A stretch of 64,000 bases of DNA from Hyalangium minutum (GTDB taxonomy: Bacteria > Myxococcota > Myxococcia > Myxococcales > Myxococcaceae). Within the stretch, counting starts at the first letter, position 1; each line of letters starts with the position of its first letter. The stretch is from contig NZ_JMCB01000012.1 of assembly GCF_000737315.1 (NCBI RefSeq), positions 237,615 through 301,614 on the forward strand, read 5' to 3'. A program made the position numbers and the translations under genes. The notes under the pieces were generated by a model. It did no database searches. It was not told the DNA's origin and was given only the letters and a program-made list of their open reading frames with translations. Below are positions 21,401 through 33,691 of this stretch, piece after piece.

Positions 21401-22224
21401 AGCTGCTGCTGTCCTATACGGGGCTGCGCGTGTACCTGCCGGGTGAGGAGCCCTTCTGGGTGGACACCACGGTGCGCTGGGCTCCGTTCGGCGGGCTGCC
21501 GGACAACGCCCTGGGCGAGCGCCCCGGCTACCTGCTGCCTGAGCCCGGCCGCCCCATGGAGAAGCTGACGACGCCTCCGCTGGTGGAGAAGGTCAACAAG
21601 CAGGTGACGCTCAGCATGGAGCTGAAACCGGACGGACAGCTCGTGGTGAAGGGCGAGGAGATCTACATGGACTTCGTCGGCGCGCAGCTGGCGGAGGCCT
21701 TCGACGCGCTGTCGGCCGAGAGCCGCAAGCAGTCGCTCCAAGGCGCGGTGACGCGGTACTTCGGCGGTGCGGACCTCACGAGCGTGACGCTCGACCACCC
21801 CGAGCAGGTAGGCGCGCCCTTCACCCTCCGCTACGAGTTCAACGTGCCGCGCTTCGCCCGCATCGAGAACAAGCGCATGGTGCTGGGCCCCGTCACCTAC
21901 CCCGCCCAGCTGGGCCGGCGCTTCGTGCAGCTCAGCACCCGCAAGGCGCCGCTGTTCCTCGACGACTCCGAGGCGAGCAACACGCAGGTGACGCTCACGC
22001 TGCCGGAGGGCTGGCGGCTGCAGGACCCGCAGGCCTCTCTGAAGGTGGACAACCGCTTCGGCCGCTACGTGCGCTCGGAGAAGCAGGAGGGCCGGGTGCT
22101 GACCATCGTCGAGGGGCTGCGGCTTCCTCGCACCCGCGTCATGCCCCAGGAGTACGAGACGTTCTCCCAGTTCGCCGGAGACGTGGACCTCATCCAGACG
22201 CGGGACCTCGTCTTCACGCCCTAA
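18448..22224 (+). CDS. large TPR / DUF3857 / transglutaminase-like lipoprotein
   Basis: LSGC lipobox, TPR arrays, DUF3857-like LPGVNVGDYVEVEY and a TG-like core (GSRLMLLKASLESLGIPARL). Confidence 0.75.
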   Translation: MRTSRGLLALVALVAGLSGCPKRSPSATDILESAAERAQSGSGEARTLAFAGFHTYLVKGDTDAARARFDAAIAKDPGDPYALMGQHLLARRMAAPDRALTAALELVQRAPTHPLAVPAARYILDQVGSSPDLDAVILQGTQKALDAGAIGEAAQLLRGCHLGAALVKGDREALAAAVKDVGGTPVATLVGPFSLYHSLSFDEPIPPEKDGSLAGPFTGPYGPLTLRTLQAPDSRHQLDGEPGESDVYLLAFDAEVAEEGEYLARAVSASSFKVVMDGVLLFERRNFEQTQSTVTGKALRLSAGKHRFLVKLTKDNGTGTIAFTLPRADGRPSNIRYTPATGPAPSWAGTAPTFVQASFFPTAADLAAALEGEAGGLLATFLASVDSAGRDPDGTRRLLATLPPELITSEPLLMLSATLSTQDRSVPTKVARGRATRDLEAALAKDPKDVSALLLRAELALGDSQAAAAQDVLKTALELAGPESVPVQMLRARAAIALEVDAEAEEALAAALKAQPRLCDALSLRYSLARKRDAAALMDQLVTDFNGCAGARARAAEHARQRGDTATAAKLYEELLVRDPGSVSTSLTLSNLYVSLRRYDDAAKTLKELMTLWPRSSYLYKRLADVREYAGASAEALALREKALALDGSDLALQRAVARAKTGKELLQDYAIDGKQAIAEYEKSPGEQSAAATYILDAAAVQVFPDGSVANRIHIVQKALEQNGIEDIAEVTIPAGAQVLALRTIKADGTVLEPENIEGKDNISLPGVNVGDYVEVEYLLAESGRGPMQEGFVASPFYFQIANMTNNWTTYTVVAPKGTGMKVDSHKVKVNPPQTKGDVELFTQEARRVPPWIPEPESPWSSNEYLPFVIVGSGNTGQDKLAAMWADTFIDRYKRNADIEAFAKKVTEGKTGLEAVKALHAAIMKRIPGRDVGVVQSAISTLAQDRGSRLMLLKASLESLGIPARLATVRTFSSDPAPYLFPNDQLLLSYTGLRVYLPGEEPFWVDTTVRWAPFGGLPDNALGERPGYLLPEPGRPMEKLTTPPLVEKVNKQVTLSMELKPDGQLVVKGEEIYMDFVGAQLAEAFDALSAESRKQSLQGAVTRYFGGADLTSVTLDHPEQVGAPFTLRYEFNVPRFARIENKRMVLGPVTYPAQLGRRFVQLSTRKAPLFLDDSEASNTQVTLTLPEGWRLQDPQASLKVDNRFGRYVRSEKQEGRVLTIVEGLRLPRTRVMPQEYETFSQFAGDVDLIQTRDLVFTP

Positions 22225-22397
22225 GAAAAGCCCTCACCCGGCGCCGCCCTCCTGGAGCATGGGAAGCGCTCCCTGCTCTGGGAGGACGGCAGCCCCTCGG
22301 CTGCCCGGCTCCCCTCTCCCGATTCTCGCCCATGGGGGCCGTACACAGAGTCAGCGGGTGCTCCCACACGCGCGGAGCAGCACAAGGGGTCGAATCG

Positions 22398-23063
22398 ATG
22401 GGCAAGAAGTTGAAGGGGCTGCGGGTGGCCGTGCTGGCGGCGGATGGCTTCGAGCAGGTGGAGCTGACGCACCCGGTGAAGAAGCTCAAGCGCGAGGGCG
22501 CTCTCGTGGAGATCATCTCCTTGAGGCCCGGCTCCATTCGGGGAATGAACCTCCTGTACCCGGGCAAGAAGGTGCACGTGGACACCACCCTGCGGGAGGT
22601 GAAGGCCGCCGACTACGACGCGCTGCTGCTCCCGGGCGGCTTCGTCAACCCGGACCTCCTGCGGCAGAGCGAGCTGGCGCTGGAGTTCGTCCGCGACTTC
22701 GAGCGCCTCGACCGGCCCATCGCCGTCATCTGCCATGGCCCCTGGCTGCTGGCCTCCGCGGATGTGGTGCGAGGAAGGCGAATCACCTCTTGGCCGGGGA
22801 TCCGCGATGACCTCCACAACGCGGGGGGTATCTGGGAGGACGCTCCCGTAGTCCGGGATGGCACCTGGGTCTCTAGCCGAGGGCCGCACGATCTGCTGGA
22901 GTTCATCCCCGCCATGGTCTCGCTGTTCGCCGAGCACCTGCCCGCCTCTCAGCCTAAGGAAACCCCCAAGGAGGCAAGGCCCTGGCTGCGCTGGGCCCTG
23001 GGAGGGTTCGCCGTGGCAGCGTTGGGCTACGGGCTGAAGGAGCGCAAGCTGCTCACCGCCTGA
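22398..23063 (+). CDS. PfpI/DJ-1 family (type 1 glutamine amidotransferase-like) protein
   Basis: DGFEQVEL, LLLPGG, AVICHGPW and WVSSRGP motifs. Confidence 0.92.
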   Translation: MGKKLKGLRVAVLAADGFEQVELTHPVKKLKREGALVEIISLRPGSIRGMNLLYPGKKVHVDTTLREVKAADYDALLLPGGFVNPDLLRQSELALEFVRDFERLDRPIAVICHGPWLLASADVVRGRRITSWPGIRDDLHNAGGIWEDAPVVRDGTWVSSRGPHDLLEFIPAMVSLFAEHLPASQPKETPKEARPWLRWALGGFAVAALGYGLKERKLLTA

Positions 23064-23164
23064 CTCCAACAAACCCATCTTCCTGTTGGAAGTCCTCGAC
23101 GATTCCTGGCCACAATCGGCTAGAGAGTCCCGCCAACTCCCTCTGGCGGCGGAGAGGTCTGGTC

Positions 23165-24475
23165 GTGAGCACAGCTGCTTCTCCCAATCGGCGCATCCTG
23201 GTGGTGGATGACAACCGCACCATCCACCAGGACTTCCGAAAAATCCTCTGCCCGCCCGCAGCCAATGACTCGCTGGATGAGATGGAGGCGACCCTCTTCG
23301 GTCACGCCGAGAAACATGAGCTGGCGCTCAGCTTCGAGATGGACTCGGCGTATCAGGGTGAGGAGGCGCTCCAGATGGCTCGCGCCGCCCGCCAGCAGGG
23401 CCGGCCCTACGCTCTGGCTTTCATCGACATCCGCATGCCTCCTGGCATCGACGGCGTGGAGACCACCTCCCGCCTCTGGCAGGAGGATCCCGACATCCAG
23501 GTAGTCATCTGCTCGGCCTACGCCGACTACTCCTGGGAAGAGATGATGCTCAAGCTGGGCCTGTCCCAGCGCCTGCTCATCCTCCGCAAGCCCTTCGACG
23601 GCATCGAGGTGCGCCAGCTGGCCTTTGCCCTCACCGAGAAGTGGGAGTTGTTGCGCTCCAACCGCCTTCATCTGGAGGACCTGGCCCGGGCCGTTGAAGA
23701 GCGCACCCGCCAGCTCACCGCCGCCAATGCTCGCCTCGTTCAGTCCCAGCGCCTGGAGGCTCTCGGCCGCCTGTCGGCCGGCCTGGCCCATGAGATCAAC
23801 AACCCCCTGAGCTTCATCCTCGCCAACCTCAGCTACCTGCGTACCCAGCTCGAGACGGATGCCTCGCGCCTGAGCGCCAGTGAGATGCAGGAGCTGCGCG
23901 AGGTGTGCGCCGAGTCCTTCGAAGGGGCCGAGCGCATCCGCCGCATCATCCAGAACATCAAGCTGTTCAGTCGTCTGGATGAGGCCCCGCGCACCCGCGT
24001 CGATGTGCACGAGGTGCTGGAGCACGCCCTCGGCGAGGCACGCCAGTTGCTCGCATCCGATGCCCAGGTGGTGCGCGACTTCCACGCTGTCCCTCCCGTC
24101 TTCGCCAGCGAGAACGGCCTGCAGCAGGTCTTCTTCGGCCTGCTGGCCAACGCCGCTCAGGCGCTCAAGGACGGGCCTGCCTCGCCTCCCACCCTGCGCG
24201 TCGAGACCCACGTCCAGGAGGATGGCCGCGTCGCTGTCGAGATCGAGGACAACGGCAAGGGCATTGCCCCCGAGCACCTCGGCCGGGTGTTCGAGCCCTT
24301 CTTCACCACCAAGCGCATGGGCACCACCTCGGGCCTCGGCCTGAGCGTCTGCTACGGCATCGTCCTCGGCCTCGGCGGCGACATCATCGTCGACTCCTCC
24401 CTCGGCCAGGGCGCCACCTTCCGGGTGTTGCTGCCCCCGGCTCCGCTGGAAGCCTCCCAGACCACGCCTGGGTGA
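23165..24475 (+). CDS. hybrid response regulator-histidine kinase (REC-HisKA-HATPase), copy 1
   Basis: VVDD, DIRMPPG, KPF, LAHEINNPL and DNGKG motifs. Confidence 0.92.
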   Translation: MSTAASPNRRILVVDDNRTIHQDFRKILCPPAANDSLDEMEATLFGHAEKHELALSFEMDSAYQGEEALQMARAARQQGRPYALAFIDIRMPPGIDGVETTSRLWQEDPDIQVVICSAYADYSWEEMMLKLGLSQRLLILRKPFDGIEVRQLAFALTEKWELLRSNRLHLEDLARAVEERTRQLTAANARLVQSQRLEALGRLSAGLAHEINNPLSFILANLSYLRTQLETDASRLSASEMQELREVCAESFEGAERIRRIIQNIKLFSRLDEAPRTRVDVHEVLEHALGEARQLLASDAQVVRDFHAVPPVFASENGLQQVFFGLLANAAQALKDGPASPPTLRVETHVQEDGRVAVEIEDNGKGIAPEHLGRVFEPFFTTKRMGTTSGLGLSVCYGIVLGLGGDIIVDSSLGQGATFRVLLPPAPLEASQTTPG

Positions 24476-24653
24476 GTTCCCTCCCACACTTCTAGACACC
24501 GCACCCTGACCGAGAGAGCAGGTAGGTCTTCCTGCCCTCCCGGCAGAGCAGCCTTCATGTCACGAGTGCCTTTGAACATCGTGTCGCGTTCTGAACACAA
24601 TCCGGGCTGCAAGCAGGCCATCGGTATCCGGCCTGCGCGCACGGCCAGGGGAT

Positions 24654-26585
24654 ATGTCGAGTTCGCATTCGCCCGAGACACCGAAGTCTCAGTCCCCAGC
24701 ATTGGGGCCCGGGACGGGCGTACCGGACACGGAGCCTTCTCGAAGCCGTTTGGTGGCATTCCTGGACAGGTTTCTCTCGGAGCGCCTCCGGCAGGCCGAC
24801 CCATCGGAGCTCACGCGTGCGCGGCTGACCGTGGGTTTCGCGCTGTTCCTACTGTTGTACGACCTGGTGTTCATGGCGCAGGCACTGCTCAAGCCCACGC
24901 TGCAGTGGCATGCGCTTGCGCTGGGCATCCCCGCGGCGCTGGCCTACTCTGGACTGCTCGCCCTGATACACCGGGCCGCCACGATCCGGCTGCCCGCGCT
25001 GCTGCTGTGCAGCATCGTCGCCTTGGCGATGGCGGGCTTCATCTTCGCACTGCGCATCCCCACCGCGGGGATGCACGCCGCGATGATGCTACTGCCCGCG
25101 CTCTCGGTGTACCTGCTGGGCTCCCGCAGGGCCCTGTCCTTTACCTTCTTCCTCATCCTCACGATGGGGATCGTCTTCCCGCTCTACATCACCCGCGCGG
25201 ACAGTGCGTTCACGCCGGATACGCACTTCTGGGAGATGTACATCTTCGCCAGCATCTCCTTCCTGGGCGCGTGGGGGTTGGGCGCGCTGCACAACACCGC
25301 GCGCGACCAGATCCAGCTCTCACTCGAGCGGACGCTGAAGGCGAAGCGCGAGAGCGAGGGCAAGCTGATCAGCCTCTTCGAGAGCACGGATGACATCGTG
25401 TCCTCGGTGGATCTGCAGGGGAACCTGATCACCGCCAACTCGGCGCTGAACCGGCTCTTCGCCTCCGCCGTGGGGAGGGCGCCCCTGCCGGGGGAGTTCC
25501 TCTTCTCCAACCAGGCGCCCGACCAACAGGAGATCTGGCGCCAGCTGCTGGCGCAAGTCGCCACGGGCCAGCATCTGAGCTTCGAGGAGGAATACCCCTT
25601 TCCGGGCGGACGCGTCGTCTACGAGAACCACCTGCACCCCATCACCGGCGAGGAGGGCCAGGTGGTCGGCGCGACGATCTTCTCGCGCAACGTCACGTCC
25701 CGGAAGGACGCGGACACGCGCCTGGGAGAGATGCACCGCACGCTGGTGGACGTCTCGCGGCAGGCGGGCATGGCGGAGATCGCCACGGGGGTGCTGCACA
25801 ACGTGGGCAACACGCTCAACTCCGTCAACATCGCCACGACGGTGCTGGCGGATCTGCTGCGCAAGTCCCGCGTCACCGGCCTGGCCAAGGCCGCGCAGAT
25901 GCTGAAGGAGCACTCCTCGGACCTGGGGACCTTCTTCTCGACGGATCCCCAGGGGCAGCGGCTGGCCAGCTACCTCATCGCGCTCTCGGAGAGTCTCCTC
26001 GAGGAGCGCGAGGCGATGAACAAGGAAGTGCAGACGCTGAGCGAGAGCGTGGACCACATCAAGTCCATCGTCACCACGCAGCAGCGGCACGCGCGCACTG
26101 CGGGGGCCATCGAGGAGCTGCATGTGCCCCAGCTCATCGACGAAGCCCTGCGCCTGCATGCCATCTCGCTGGAGCGTCTGGGCATCTCCATCGTGCGCGA
26201 ATATGCCGAGGTGCCTCCCATCCTGGTGGACCGGCACAAGCTGCTGCAGATCCTCATCAACCTGCTGAGCAACGCGCGCCACTCACTGGTGGACAGCCAG
26301 ACGCAGGACAAGCGCCTGACCATCCGCGTGCGGACCACCGAGGACTCGGCGCAGCTGCTCATTGAAGTGGCCGACAACGGCATGGGCATCGCGCCCGAAA
26401 ACCTGTCTCGCATCTTCTCCAAAGGGTTCACCACCAAGAAGACAGGCCATGGCTTTGGGCTGCACATCAGCGCCCTGGCCGCCACCGAGATGAAGGGCCG
26501 GCTCACCTGCGCCAGCCCTGGCGCCGGACAGGGCGCCACTTTCACGCTCGAGCTTCCCCTGGCAGGCGAGGAGATCCCTCCGTGA
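24654..26585 (+). CDS. multi-TM PAS sensor histidine kinase
   Basis: Several TMs, PAS domain, GVLHNVGN H-box, DNGMG and GHGFGL. Confidence 0.92.
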   Translation: MSSSHSPETPKSQSPALGPGTGVPDTEPSRSRLVAFLDRFLSERLRQADPSELTRARLTVGFALFLLLYDLVFMAQALLKPTLQWHALALGIPAALAYSGLLALIHRAATIRLPALLLCSIVALAMAGFIFALRIPTAGMHAAMMLLPALSVYLLGSRRALSFTFFLILTMGIVFPLYITRADSAFTPDTHFWEMYIFASISFLGAWGLGALHNTARDQIQLSLERTLKAKRESEGKLISLFESTDDIVSSVDLQGNLITANSALNRLFASAVGRAPLPGEFLFSNQAPDQQEIWRQLLAQVATGQHLSFEEEYPFPGGRVVYENHLHPITGEEGQVVGATIFSRNVTSRKDADTRLGEMHRTLVDVSRQAGMAEIATGVLHNVGNTLNSVNIATTVLADLLRKSRVTGLAKAAQMLKEHSSDLGTFFSTDPQGQRLASYLIALSESLLEEREAMNKEVQTLSESVDHIKSIVTTQQRHARTAGAIEELHVPQLIDEALRLHAISLERLGISIVREYAEVPPILVDRHKLLQILINLLSNARHSLVDSQTQDKRLTIRVRTTEDSAQLLIEVADNGMGIAPENLSRIFSKGFTTKKTGHGFGLHISALAATEMKGRLTCASPGAGQGATFTLELPLAGEEIPP

Positions 26586-27907
26586 GTACATCCGCCGCTC
26601 CCAACCGCCGCATCCTCGTGGTGGACGACAACCGCACCATCCACCTGGACTTCCGAAAGATCCTCTGCCCGCCCTCGGCCAATGACTCCTTGGACGAGAT
26701 GGAGGCGGATCTCTTCGGGCACTCCGAGGTCAGCGCCCAGCTCCCCGGCTTCGAGGTGGACTCGGCGTATCAGGGCGAAGATGCGCTCCAGTTGGCCCGT
26801 TCCGCCCGGCAGCAAAGCCGGCCCTACGCTCTGGCCTTTGTCGACATCCGCATGCCTCCCGGCATCGACGGCGTGGAGACCACCTCCCGCCTCTGGCAAG
26901 AGGACCCTGACCTCCAGGTGGTCATCTGCTCGGCCTACGCCGACTACTCCTGGGAAGAGATGATGCTCAAGCTGGGCCTGTCCCAGCGCCTGCTCATCCT
27001 CCGCAAGCCCTTCGACGGCATCGAGGTGCGCCAGCTGGCCTTCGCCCTCACCGAGAAGTGGGAGCTGCTGCGCTCCAACCGCCTTCACCTGGAGGGCCTG
27101 TCTCGTGCCGTCGAGGAGCGCACCCGCCAGCTCACCGCCGCCAACGCCCGCCTCGTTCAGTCCCAGCGCTTGGAGGCTCTCGGCCGCCTGTCGGCCGGCC
27201 TGGCCCATGAGATCAACAACCCCCTGAGCTTCATCCTCGCCAACCTCAGCTACCTGCGCACGCACCTGGACGTGGATCCTTCACGTCTCAGCGCCAGTGA
27301 GATGCAGGAGCTGCGCGAGGTGTGTGCCGAGTCCTTCGAAGGGGCCGAGCGCATCCGCCGCATCATCCAGAACATCAAGCTGTTCAGCCGCCTGGATGAA
27401 ACCCCTCGTACCCGGGTGGATGTGCACGAGGTGCTGGAGCAGGCCTTGGGTGAAGCCCGGCCGTTGCTGGCTCCCACGGCCCAGGTGATGCGCGACTTCC
27501 AATCGCTGCCTCCCGTCTTTGCCAGCGAGAACGGTCTGCAGCAGGTCTTCTTCGGCCTGCTGGCCAACGCCGCTCAGGCGCTCAAGGACGGGCCCACCTC
27601 GCCGCCCACCCTGCGCATCTCCACTCAGCTCGAGGAGGATGGCCGCATCGCCGTGGAGATCCAGGACAACGGCAGGGGCATTGCCCCCGAGCACCTCGGC
27701 CGGGTGTTCGAGCCCTTCTTCACCACCAAGCGCATGGGCACCACCACAGGCCTCGGCCTGAGCGTCTGCTACGGCATCATCCTCGGCCTCGGTGGCGACA
27801 TCACGGTCGACTCGACGCTCGGCCAGGGCGCCATCTTCCGGGTGTTACTGCCCCAAGCCCCCCTCGAGCACCTCACGCCCGCCCCTGTCGGCGTGACAGC
27901 GGACTGA
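26582..27907 (+). CDS. hybrid response regulator-histidine kinase, copy 2
   Basis: Close paralogue of 23165..24475; 4-bp overlap with the PAS kinase gene. Confidence 0.92.
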   Translation: MSTSAAPNRRILVVDDNRTIHLDFRKILCPPSANDSLDEMEADLFGHSEVSAQLPGFEVDSAYQGEDALQLARSARQQSRPYALAFVDIRMPPGIDGVETTSRLWQEDPDLQVVICSAYADYSWEEMMLKLGLSQRLLILRKPFDGIEVRQLAFALTEKWELLRSNRLHLEGLSRAVEERTRQLTAANARLVQSQRLEALGRLSAGLAHEINNPLSFILANLSYLRTHLDVDPSRLSASEMQELREVCAESFEGAERIRRIIQNIKLFSRLDETPRTRVDVHEVLEQALGEARPLLAPTAQVMRDFQSLPPVFASENGLQQVFFGLLANAAQALKDGPTSPPTLRISTQLEEDGRIAVEIQDNGRGIAPEHLGRVFEPFFTTKRMGTTTGLGLSVCYGIILGLGGDITVDSTLGQGAIFRVLLPQAPLEHLTPAPVGVTAD

Positions 27908-27910
27908 GCG

Positions 27911-28465
27911 CTACATCCACCCCAGCTCGAGACGGGCCACGTCTGACATGCGGCTCTGGTCCCAGGGCGGCTCCCAGACCAGCTCCACGTGGGCCTCTTT
28001 CACGCCGGGGACGCTGGACACCTTGCGCTTCACATCCTCCACGAGCACCGGGCCCATGCCGCACCCGGGCGCCGTCACCGTCATCTGGATGTCCACCCGG
28101 TGGCCGCCTTCCGGCAGCGGCTCGGCCTTGCACTGGTACACCAACCCCAGCTCCACGATGTTGACGGGAATCTCCGGGTCATAGACCGTCCGGAGCTGCT
28201 CCCACACCTGGTCCTCGTTGAACGAGCCATCCTCCGAGTGCTTCGGCTCCAGGGCCTTGGCCGCCTGGGCGTACTCCTCGCCGAGCACGTCCGCGTCCTT
28301 CGCGTCGATGCGCAGCAGCTGACCGGTCGACTCCGACTGCACGGTGACGTTGCCGCCCAGCGTCTGCATCACGCGCAGATCCGTCCCGGCGGGGACCATC
28401 ACCCGGTCTCCACTGGGAATCAACGTCGCTTCGACCTCGCGGTCGATGACCACCAACCCTCTCAT
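27911..28465 (-). CDS. sufT: Fe-S cluster assembly protein SufT (DUF59/MIP18 family)
   Basis: YDPEIPVNIVELGLVY, TAPGCGMG and VWEPPW; last gene of the suf operon. Confidence 0.92.
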   Translation of the reverse strand: MRGLVVIDREVEATLIPSGDRVMVPAGTDLRVMQTLGGNVTVQSESTGQLLRIDAKDADVLGEEYAQAAKALEPKHSEDGSFNEDQVWEQLRTVYDPEIPVNIVELGLVYQCKAEPLPEGGHRVDIQMTVTAPGCGMGPVLVEDVKRKVSSVPGVKEAHVELVWEPPWDQSRMSDVARLELGWM

Positions 28466-28475
28466 GCGACCCTCG

Positions 28476-28928
28476 CTACTCCGTCGAGATGGGATCGGCC
28501 TCGCCCCGCAGCGCCGCGCGCAGCGTGTGCCAGGCGAGGCTCGCGCACTTCACGCGCGCCGGGAACTCGCTCACTCCGGACAGGACGGCCAGCTTGCCCA
28601 GGGCCTCGGTGTCCACCTCGGCCGGGCCCTCCGTCACCAGCTTGTGCACCTGCTCGAAGAGCTGCTCGGCCTCCTCGCGCGTGCGGTCCTTCACCGCCCC
28701 CGTCATCAGCGACGCCGAGGCCCGCGAGATGGCGCACCCCTGTCCCTGGAAGCCGATGTCCCGGATGACGCCGCCCTCCACCTTGATGGTCACGGTGAGC
28801 TGGTCGCCGCACAAGGGGTTGTGGCCCTGGGCGCGGTGGTTGGCCCCCTCCACCTCGCGGAAGTTGCGCGGGCGCTTGCCGTGGTCCAGCACCACCTCTT
28901 GATAGAGGTCCTGCAGATCCGAGCTCAT
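28476..28928 (-). CDS. sufU: SUF system NifU-family protein
   Basis: LYQEVVLDH, NPLCGD, GCAISRASAS and RVKCA motifs. Confidence 0.92.
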   Translation of the reverse strand: MSSDLQDLYQEVVLDHGKRPRNFREVEGANHRAQGHNPLCGDQLTVTIKVEGGVIRDIGFQGQGCAISRASASLMTGAVKDRTREEAEQLFEQVHKLVTEGPAEVDTEALGKLAVLSGVSEFPARVKCASLAWHTLRAALRGEADPISTE

Positions 28929-30154
28929 GCGAACACCTCCCGCACCTTGTGGAGCCCGCGCACGAGCGCGTCCACGTCCTCGCGGGTGTTGTAGAGCGCC
29001 ATGGAGGCGCGCACGGTGGCCGCCACGCCGAAGCACTGCATCAGCGGCTGCGCGCAGTGGTGGCCCGTGCGGACAGCCACGCCCTCGCGGTCCAGGATGG
29101 TCCCCACATCATGCGGGTGAATGTCCTCCATGATGAAGGACACCACGCCCGAGCGCTCGCGGCCCTGGCCGAGGATGCGCACGCCCGGCACGGCCTTCAG
29201 CGCCTGCTCGGCGTAGGCCAGGAGCTCCCGATCATGAGTGGCGATGGCGTCCAAGCCCACCTGGCCCAGGTAGTCGATGGCCGCGCCCAACCCCACCGCG
29301 CCCGCCACGTCCGGCGTGCCCGCCTCGAAGCGGTACGGCACGCGGTTGTAGAGCGTCTTCTCCAGGGTGACGGAGAGGATCATGTCGCCGCCGCCCTGGT
29401 ACGGAGGCATGGACTCCAGGTGCTCCTTCTTGCCGTAGAGCACACCGATGCCCATGGGGCCGAAGAGCTTATGGCCCGAGAAGGCGTAGAAGTCGCAGTC
29501 CAGGTCCACCACGTCGACAGAGAAGTGCGTCACCGATTGGGCGCCGTCCACCAGCACGGGGACTCCCCTGGCGTGAGCGCGGCGGATGATCTCCTTCACC
29601 GGCACCACCGTGCCCAGGGCGTTGGAGACATGCGTCACCGCGAGGATGCGGGTGCGCGGCGTGAGGAGCTCCTCCAGCCCGTCCAGCACGAGGTCCCCAC
29701 GAGTATCCACGGGGATCTGCTTCAGCTTGGCGCCCACCTGCTCGCAGAGCATCTGCCAGGGGACGATGTTGGCGTGATGCTCCAGCGCGGTGATGAGCAC
29801 CTCGTCACCGGGGCCGATGTTCTTCCGGCCAAAGGTCTGCACCACGAGGTTGATGGCCTCGGTGGTGCCGCGCACGAAGACGATCTCCTTGTCGCTCTTG
29901 GCGTGGAGGAAGCGGGCCACCTTCTCGCGAGCAGCCTCGAAGGCGGCGGTGGCGCGCTCGGAGAGGGTATGCACGCCGCGATGCACGTTGGCGTTGTCGT
30001 GCGTGTAGAAGTGCGAGATGGCATCAATGACGGCCTGCGGCTTCTGCGCGGAGGCCGCGCTGTCCAGGTAGACCAGCGGTCGGCCCCGCACCTCCTGACT
30101 CAGGATGGGGAAGTCCGCGCGCACTTTCGCTACGTCGAGTCCACCGCCACTCAT
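28925..30154 (-). CDS. sufS: cysteine desulfurase
   Basis: YLDSAASAQKP, SGHK PLP lysine and RTGHHCAQP. Confidence 0.95.
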   Translation of the reverse strand: MSGGGLDVAKVRADFPILSQEVRGRPLVYLDSAASAQKPQAVIDAISHFYTHDNANVHRGVHTLSERATAAFEAAREKVARFLHAKSDKEIVFVRGTTEAINLVVQTFGRKNIGPGDEVLITALEHHANIVPWQMLCEQVGAKLKQIPVDTRGDLVLDGLEELLTPRTRILAVTHVSNALGTVVPVKEIIRRAHARGVPVLVDGAQSVTHFSVDVVDLDCDFYAFSGHKLFGPMGIGVLYGKKEHLESMPPYQGGGDMILSVTLEKTLYNRVPYRFEAGTPDVAGAVGLGAAIDYLGQVGLDAIATHDRELLAYAEQALKAVPGVRILGQGRERSGVVSFIMEDIHPHDVGTILDREGVAVRTGHHCAQPLMQCFGVAATVRASMALYNTREDVDALVRGLHKVREVFA

Positions 30155-31475
30155 GCCACCACCTCCGGCCGAGCCCCGCCCGGCAGCCGCCCCGCCACAA
30201 GTTGCTCCACCCGCGCCCGCAGGGGCTCCAGTGCCACCGCGCCCACCACCTCGCTGGCAAAGGCGTAGGTGAGCAGCCGCTCCGCCTCGGCGCGAGGGAT
30301 GCCGCGCGCGCGGAGGTAGAAGAGGGCCTGCTCGTCCAGCCGGCCCACCGCCGCGCCGTGAGCGCACTTCACGTCATCCGCGAGGATCTCCAGCTGCGGG
30401 CGCGTGTCCACCAGCGCCTCCTCCGAGAGCAGGAGGTTGCGGTTCGTCTGGCTCGAGTCCGTGCGCTGCGCCTCGGGCCGCACGAGCACCCGCCCGTGGA
30501 AGGTGCCGCGCGAACGGCCATCGAGCACTCCTTTATAGAGCTCGCGGCTGGTGCACCGGGGCACCGCGTGGTCCAGGTCCGTGCGGTTGTCCAGGTGCTG
30601 CGAGCCGCGCCCTATGTAGAGGCCGTTCAGCACGCACTCGCCGCCCTCACCCGCGAACACGGAGTGGACCTCATTGCGCGCCAGAGCCCCGCCCAGCGCG
30701 AAGAGGTGCGAGGCCAGGCGGCTGTCCCGAGCCTGCTCCGAGTGGAGGCTCGCCACGTGGAAGGCCGCGTCCGGCTCCGCCTGGAGCTTGTAGTGGTGCA
30801 GCCGCGCGTTCTCCCCGAGCACCACCTCCGTCACCGCGTTGGTGAACGAGGCACCGCCCTCCACCCCGGCGTACAGCTCCACCAGCGCCGCCTCGCTGTT
30901 CGCTCCGGCCACCACCACGATGCGCGGGCTGGCCAGCACCGGTGAGGCGCTTGCACCGGACGACAAGAAGAGGAACTGCACCGGGCTCGGAGCCACGGCG
31001 CCGGGCCGCACCTGCATGAAGGCTCCTTCGTCCAGCAGCGCCGCGTTGAGCGCGACGAACGGATGGGCCTCCGCCTTGGCTCGCCGGCCCAGCACGGCCT
31101 CCAGCGCCTCGGCGTCCTCGCGCACAGCATCGCGCAGGGGCTTCACCGTCACGCCTGGGAACAACCCCTCCAGCGAAGACAGCTCCGCCGAGAGCCGCCC
31201 ATCCACGAAGACGAGCCGGGGCCCCGGAAGGGCGAGCTGCTCCACCCGCGCCTTCAGCTCCAGCCTCCCGGCCGAGCCCGTGGGCGCGAACGGGCGCGAG
31301 ACGATGGGCGCCACGTCCGTGTACTTCCAGTCCTCGTTCTTCGTGGAGGGGAAGCCCTGGCGCGAGAGCTGTGCGAGGCCCTGCTCCCGGAACGAGCGCA
31401 GCCACAGGGGCGACTCCGCCGCGCGCTCCTCCTGGAAGCGCTGCGCCACGTCGAGGTAGTGCTGGAGCCCCGGGC

Positions 31476-31479
<4 letters not shown>
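30151..31479 (-). CDS. sufD: Fe-S cluster assembly protein SufD
   Basis: KNEDWKYT, PQLEILADDVKCAHGA and LFYLRARGI motifs. Confidence 0.95.
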
Positions 31480-32252
<773 letters not shown>

Positions 32253-32254
32253 GA

Positions 32255-33687
<1,433 letters not shown>

Positions 33688-33691
<4 letters not shown>

